Origin: an uncultured delta proteobacterium
Lineage (GTDB): Bacteria > Desulfobacterota > Desulfobacteria > Desulfobacterales > JAFDCJ01
Assembly: GCA_963769935.1 (NCBI GenBank)
Contig: CAVYNY010000030.1
Span: 75,394 to 139,393, forward strand
Direction of reading: 5' to 3'
DNA length: 64,000 nucleotides
Shown here piece after piece: positions 60,857-64,000 of the stretch. Under the pieces are notes generated by a model. It searched no databases, was not told the DNA's origin, and saw only the letters and a list, made by a program, of their open reading frames with translations. The stretch's first letter is position 1; the number at the start of each line of letters is the position of its first letter. The translations under genes were made by a program, and so were the position numbers.

Positions 60857-61644
60857 ACCGCCCCCTTTTCTAAAGGTTTATATCAAGCCACCATACCTGT
60901 TTAATTCCATGTTCAATACTTTGAATTAAACCCTAAACCCAGCTGCAAGCATATTAGCTCAACGGTTCCCCGCTGTTTTCCCGGGATGATCGAGGCTCTT
61001 CCCTCATCTGGTTTAAGGTGATGTCAATGATCTGCTCGACATCCAGCACCGATATGAATCGAACTGTCTTTAAATAGGGATCCGTTCAGCCGAGAATTAA
61101 GGACAATAAACGATCTTTCTATTCAATAGACTCCCTTAAAGTTTCAGAAAAAAATCCGATATAAACTGATTAGCCCTTATAATTTAAATAAAAAGGATGC
61201 CCAAAATGATTAAAAAATTCGCCTATCTGTTTGACCCAAAAATTGTCAATACCCCAGATTTCGAACAAGCCCTATCTTTAGCCGATTCCATTGTTCGGTT
61301 GTTAGTTCCATCCTGATTATATAACATAATCATGACCTTATGTCTAGATTTTTTTGAGCTAAGCTCTAAGCAAGAAAATGTTGGCCATAAGTGTGATATG
61401 GGTTGATCATAATGTATGATGGTTGTTTTCCAATGCCGGCCGGCCAAATAATTACAAAGGTCGTCGATCAAATTTTACACCACACAACAGGCTGTATTCA
61501 CTAACGTGTTGACGCACAAACAACATTTTGGCATACTCGATGCCGGTTAAATCAAATTCCTATCCATCATCCAGTCAAGAAACCTGTTGTAATTAGATTG
61601 ATGAAGCCGATAAAAAAGTTCTTAACATATTGAAAAGGAAATTG

Positions 61645-62904
61645 ATGATGAAATTTGAAGACAAGTTCTCATTACCGCTAGAATGGATCAGTGACGAAAC
61701 AAAACGAATCGTTGAAAGTTGTCGGGAGATTGTAGAAAAGGAAATAATTCCAATTCGGCATGAGCTTGATGAGGATTGGAAAGATCACAAGATTTACAAC
61801 AAACTGTTAAAAATAATCATGCTAGATTTTGGTTTGCAGTGCGCACCATGGCCAAAAAAATACGGTGGTTTGGAATCGGATTTAATTACCGCTTGCCTAC
61901 TCAATGAAGAAATGAGCAGGGGCGATTCCGGCTTATCTACAGCTGCTGGTTGCATCAATTGGACATTTATGCCCATGTTAGCTCCAAACCCGAATCCAAT
62001 CCTGATTGAGAAGTTCGCCCCCCTTGCCTGCCAAACTGATAAGCTGTTTGTCGGATGCGCAGCAATCACTGATGCAAGAAGCGGATCGGATGTTGAAAAT
62101 ATTGATGGAACGCATGGAAAGTATATTGCCACAACCGCTGAACTTGATGGTGATGAATGGGTGATAAATGGTCATAAGCTATGGCCTACGAATTCTGGCG
62201 GTCTTGCTGATATATTCGCTGTATTTTGTACTACCAACCCTGGCGTGGAGGATGATGAGGCTTTCGCAATAATTTATGTGCCTGCCGATACACCTGGTGT
62301 TAAACAAGGTGAACCTTACCAGAAGGCGGGTATGTCAGGTGATAAGAACAGTGACATTTGGTTTGACAATGTTCGGGTGCCTAAAGAAAATCGAGCTAAC
62401 CCAAAACCCGGAGATGATGCCATAGCAGCTAGAATGTTTATGAATGCCGGGAATATTGGTTCCTCAGCACATGCCATCGGTATCATGCGTAATTGCTACG
62501 AACTGGTAAAGGAGTGGTGCGATACACGCGAAGTAGGTGGTAAACTATTGAAAGAACACAGTATGACAGCATCGGTACTAGCTGACATTGCAATGATGAT
62601 AGAAGTCAGTAGATCCGATACATATATGAAAGCAAGAATGATGACTGTCCCGAATCTCTATGGTATCGACCCAACTGGTGTCGAATTTTTAGCCAAAACC
62701 AGAGCGAATAAACTTTTTGTAACGGATAAAATGACAATCCTTATCAATAAAGCAATGGATTTGATGGGTTCACACGGTTATGCTCGGGAAGGTCATATAG
62801 AGAAACACTGGAGGGATAGCAAAATAATTAGCCTTTGGATGGGGGGACGTGGTTTAGCGAAATTGGATATCGCCCGCTGGTTTTATGATTGTAAGTCATT
62901 TTAA
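61645..62904 (+). CDS. Acyl-CoA dehydrogenase family protein (atypical active site)
   Basis: EEMSRGDSG, SGSDV, WVINGHKLW, FDNVRVP and GSHGYAREGHIEKHWRDSK. Confidence 0.88.
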   Translation: MMKFEDKFSLPLEWISDETKRIVESCREIVEKEIIPIRHELDEDWKDHKIYNKLLKIIMLDFGLQCAPWPKKYGGLESDLITACLLNEEMSRGDSGLSTAAGCINWTFMPMLAPNPNPILIEKFAPLACQTDKLFVGCAAITDARSGSDVENIDGTHGKYIATTAELDGDEWVINGHKLWPTNSGGLADIFAVFCTTNPGVEDDEAFAIIYVPADTPGVKQGEPYQKAGMSGDKNSDIWFDNVRVPKENRANPKPGDDAIAARMFMNAGNIGSSAHAIGIMRNCYELVKEWCDTREVGGKLLKEHSMTASVLADIAMMIEVSRSDTYMKARMMTVPNLYGIDPTGVEFLAKTRANKLFVTDKMTILINKAMDLMGSHGYAREGHIEKHWRDSKIISLWMGGRGLAKLDIARWFYDCKSF

Positions 62905-63075
62905 TTTATCTTTTGGACGTACAGTTATCTGAATCCCTAAACTTTTTTTTAGAGTGAAAGCTCAAAATCTTCTAAAAACAAAGCAGGGAGAATTAGGGTC
63001 TGATCTGGAATCACTAACCTGTAAAATGCAAATGGGAGAAACCCTGATCAATTCCCTTTCGCCAAGACACGAATT

Positions 63076-63498
63076 TCAGAAATCTTGTCTAACAACCCAA
63101 TTCTGAACCTTCAAACCCGGCACTCGTTGAAACTCTTGCTCGTTATTGGTAACTACAATAAGAGAGGCTGCCTTAGCGTGTGCGGCGATCCATAAATCGT
63201 TGTTACCGATTGGCTTTCCTTGTGACTCCAGTGATGCACGGATGGCCCCATAAGTCTTTCCAGCATTCTCGGGTATTGGCAACACAGGGATAAAGGTTTT
63301 GAACTCCTCCAGCAACTGCAAAGCTTTTTTACGCTGCTGACTTTTCTCGGCACCGTATAGCAGCTCCCCCCAAGTAATAACTGAGATCGCAGCATCACCA
63401 TGGTTAAGCTTTTGAAAACGCGCTAACACTTCCTCAGGCTTTTTACGTTGAATGTAGATACAAATGTTGGTATCCAACAGATAATGAGTGGGCATCAC
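63076..63498 (-). CDS. vapC: VapC PIN-domain toxin
   Basis: YLLDTNICI, ELLYGA, IGNNDLWIAAHA and VTNNEQEF. Confidence 0.92.
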   Translation of the reverse strand: MMPTHYLLDTNICIYIQRKKPEEVLARFQKLNHGDAAISVITWGELLYGAEKSQQRKKALQLLEEFKTFIPVLPIPENAGKTYGAIRASLESQGKPIGNNDLWIAAHAKAASLIVVTNNEQEFQRVPGLKVQNWVVRQDF

Positions 63499-63725
63499 AA
63501 TCCCTCGCGATGCTGTGGCGGCGTATCATGGCGGCCTTCAGCAAAAAAATCCTCTGGGAGGTTGGTTAACAGCTCAAACGCACGAGCCAATCCTTTGGCT
63601 GGTTCGCGAAGCACAATTTCGTCGCCACGACGAAAAATTTCAAGCACCTTGCTCTCAACGGAAAATTCTTTTGGCAACCTAACAGCCTGACTATTTCCTG
63701 ATTTAAAAACTCGAGTCGTTGTCAC
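63495..63725 (-). CDS. vapB: VapB antitoxin (AbrB/VagC type)
   Basis: VFKSGNSQAVRLPKEF; overlaps vapC. Confidence 0.9.
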   Translation of the reverse strand: MTTTRVFKSGNSQAVRLPKEFSVESKVLEIFRRGDEIVLREPAKGLARAFELLTNLPEDFFAEGRHDTPPQHREGL

Positions 63726-63792
63726 GGCATCCTCCTATTTGGAGGCACGAGTTTGTAGCCTCCATTGGCACTCGTTCAATACGTTTCTTATA

Positions 63793-63818
63793 ATGTATAC
63801 ACGCTTAAGTATATACTT
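63793..63818. promoter_or_regulatory. Palindromic operator candidate for vapBC autoregulation
   Basis: tgtatac-acgcttaa-gtatatac, downstream of a minus-strand TTGACA near 63830-63835. Confidence 0.45.
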
Positions 63819-63839
63819 TTTAAAAGTATTGTCAATTTA

Positions 63840-64000
63840 TTAATAGATTGACCCGATAAAAATTTGAGCGGCCGTTTCACTGAGCAGCTGCTCAACTATC
63901 GATCTTTTGAAATCCTGCGTGAAGCGTCTGCGTCTCATGATCGGCTCCTTTCTCCTCCCCTTCGGGGAGGCGACGACCCAGTCTTAACACTCTATAATTT
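63840..64000 (-). mobile_element. Truncated IS3-family-like transposase OrfA start (remnant)
   Basis: RBS AAGGAG, then ATG at 63938: MRRRRFTQDFKRSIVEQLLSETAAQ, stopping after 32 aa. The left IR probably lies beyond the window. Confidence 0.55.

Overview
64 kb of bacterial chromosome. Gene styles and repeat types suggest a Desulfobacterales-like deltaproteobacterium (inference). The window holds five blocks. (1) 0.3-15.5 kb: a pentose/sugar region with a Gfo/Idh/MocA oxidoreductase, a TIM-barrel epimerase/lyase, a ROK repressor with four visible 23-bp operators, xylA, two sugar ABC systems (one XylFHG-like) and an embedded MtaA/CmuA-type methyltransferase. (2) 15.6-20.4 kb: a ferritin-like gene, then a tight operon of cstA, a small hydrophobic protein, a Cys-poor ArsA/Get3 ATPase and a single-pass protein resembling CCDC47/DUF1682. 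This is the best candidate for an undescribed system. (3) 20.7-38.2 kb: two convergent GntR-headed operons (TAXI-TRAP, class III CoA transferase, DctP/QM, AHL-lactonase-like and PqaA-like hydrolases versus an Opp/Dpp ABC system). (4) 38.5-53.6 kb: an AraC-headed ester/lactone uptake cluster with a tannase-family esterase, a permease fused to a strictosidine-synthase-like propeller, and duplicated binding-protein and acyl-CoA ligase genes whose divergence is patchy. (5) 54-64 kb: a decay zone with a tandem TetR, a MITE, two vapBC pairs, ihfB, nested group II intron ends, several pseudogenes, an MFS gene, an atypical acyl-CoA dehydrogenase and an IS3 remnant. No rRNA, tRNA or CRISPR array was seen. 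All family calls come from motif recognition by eye; no searches were run.
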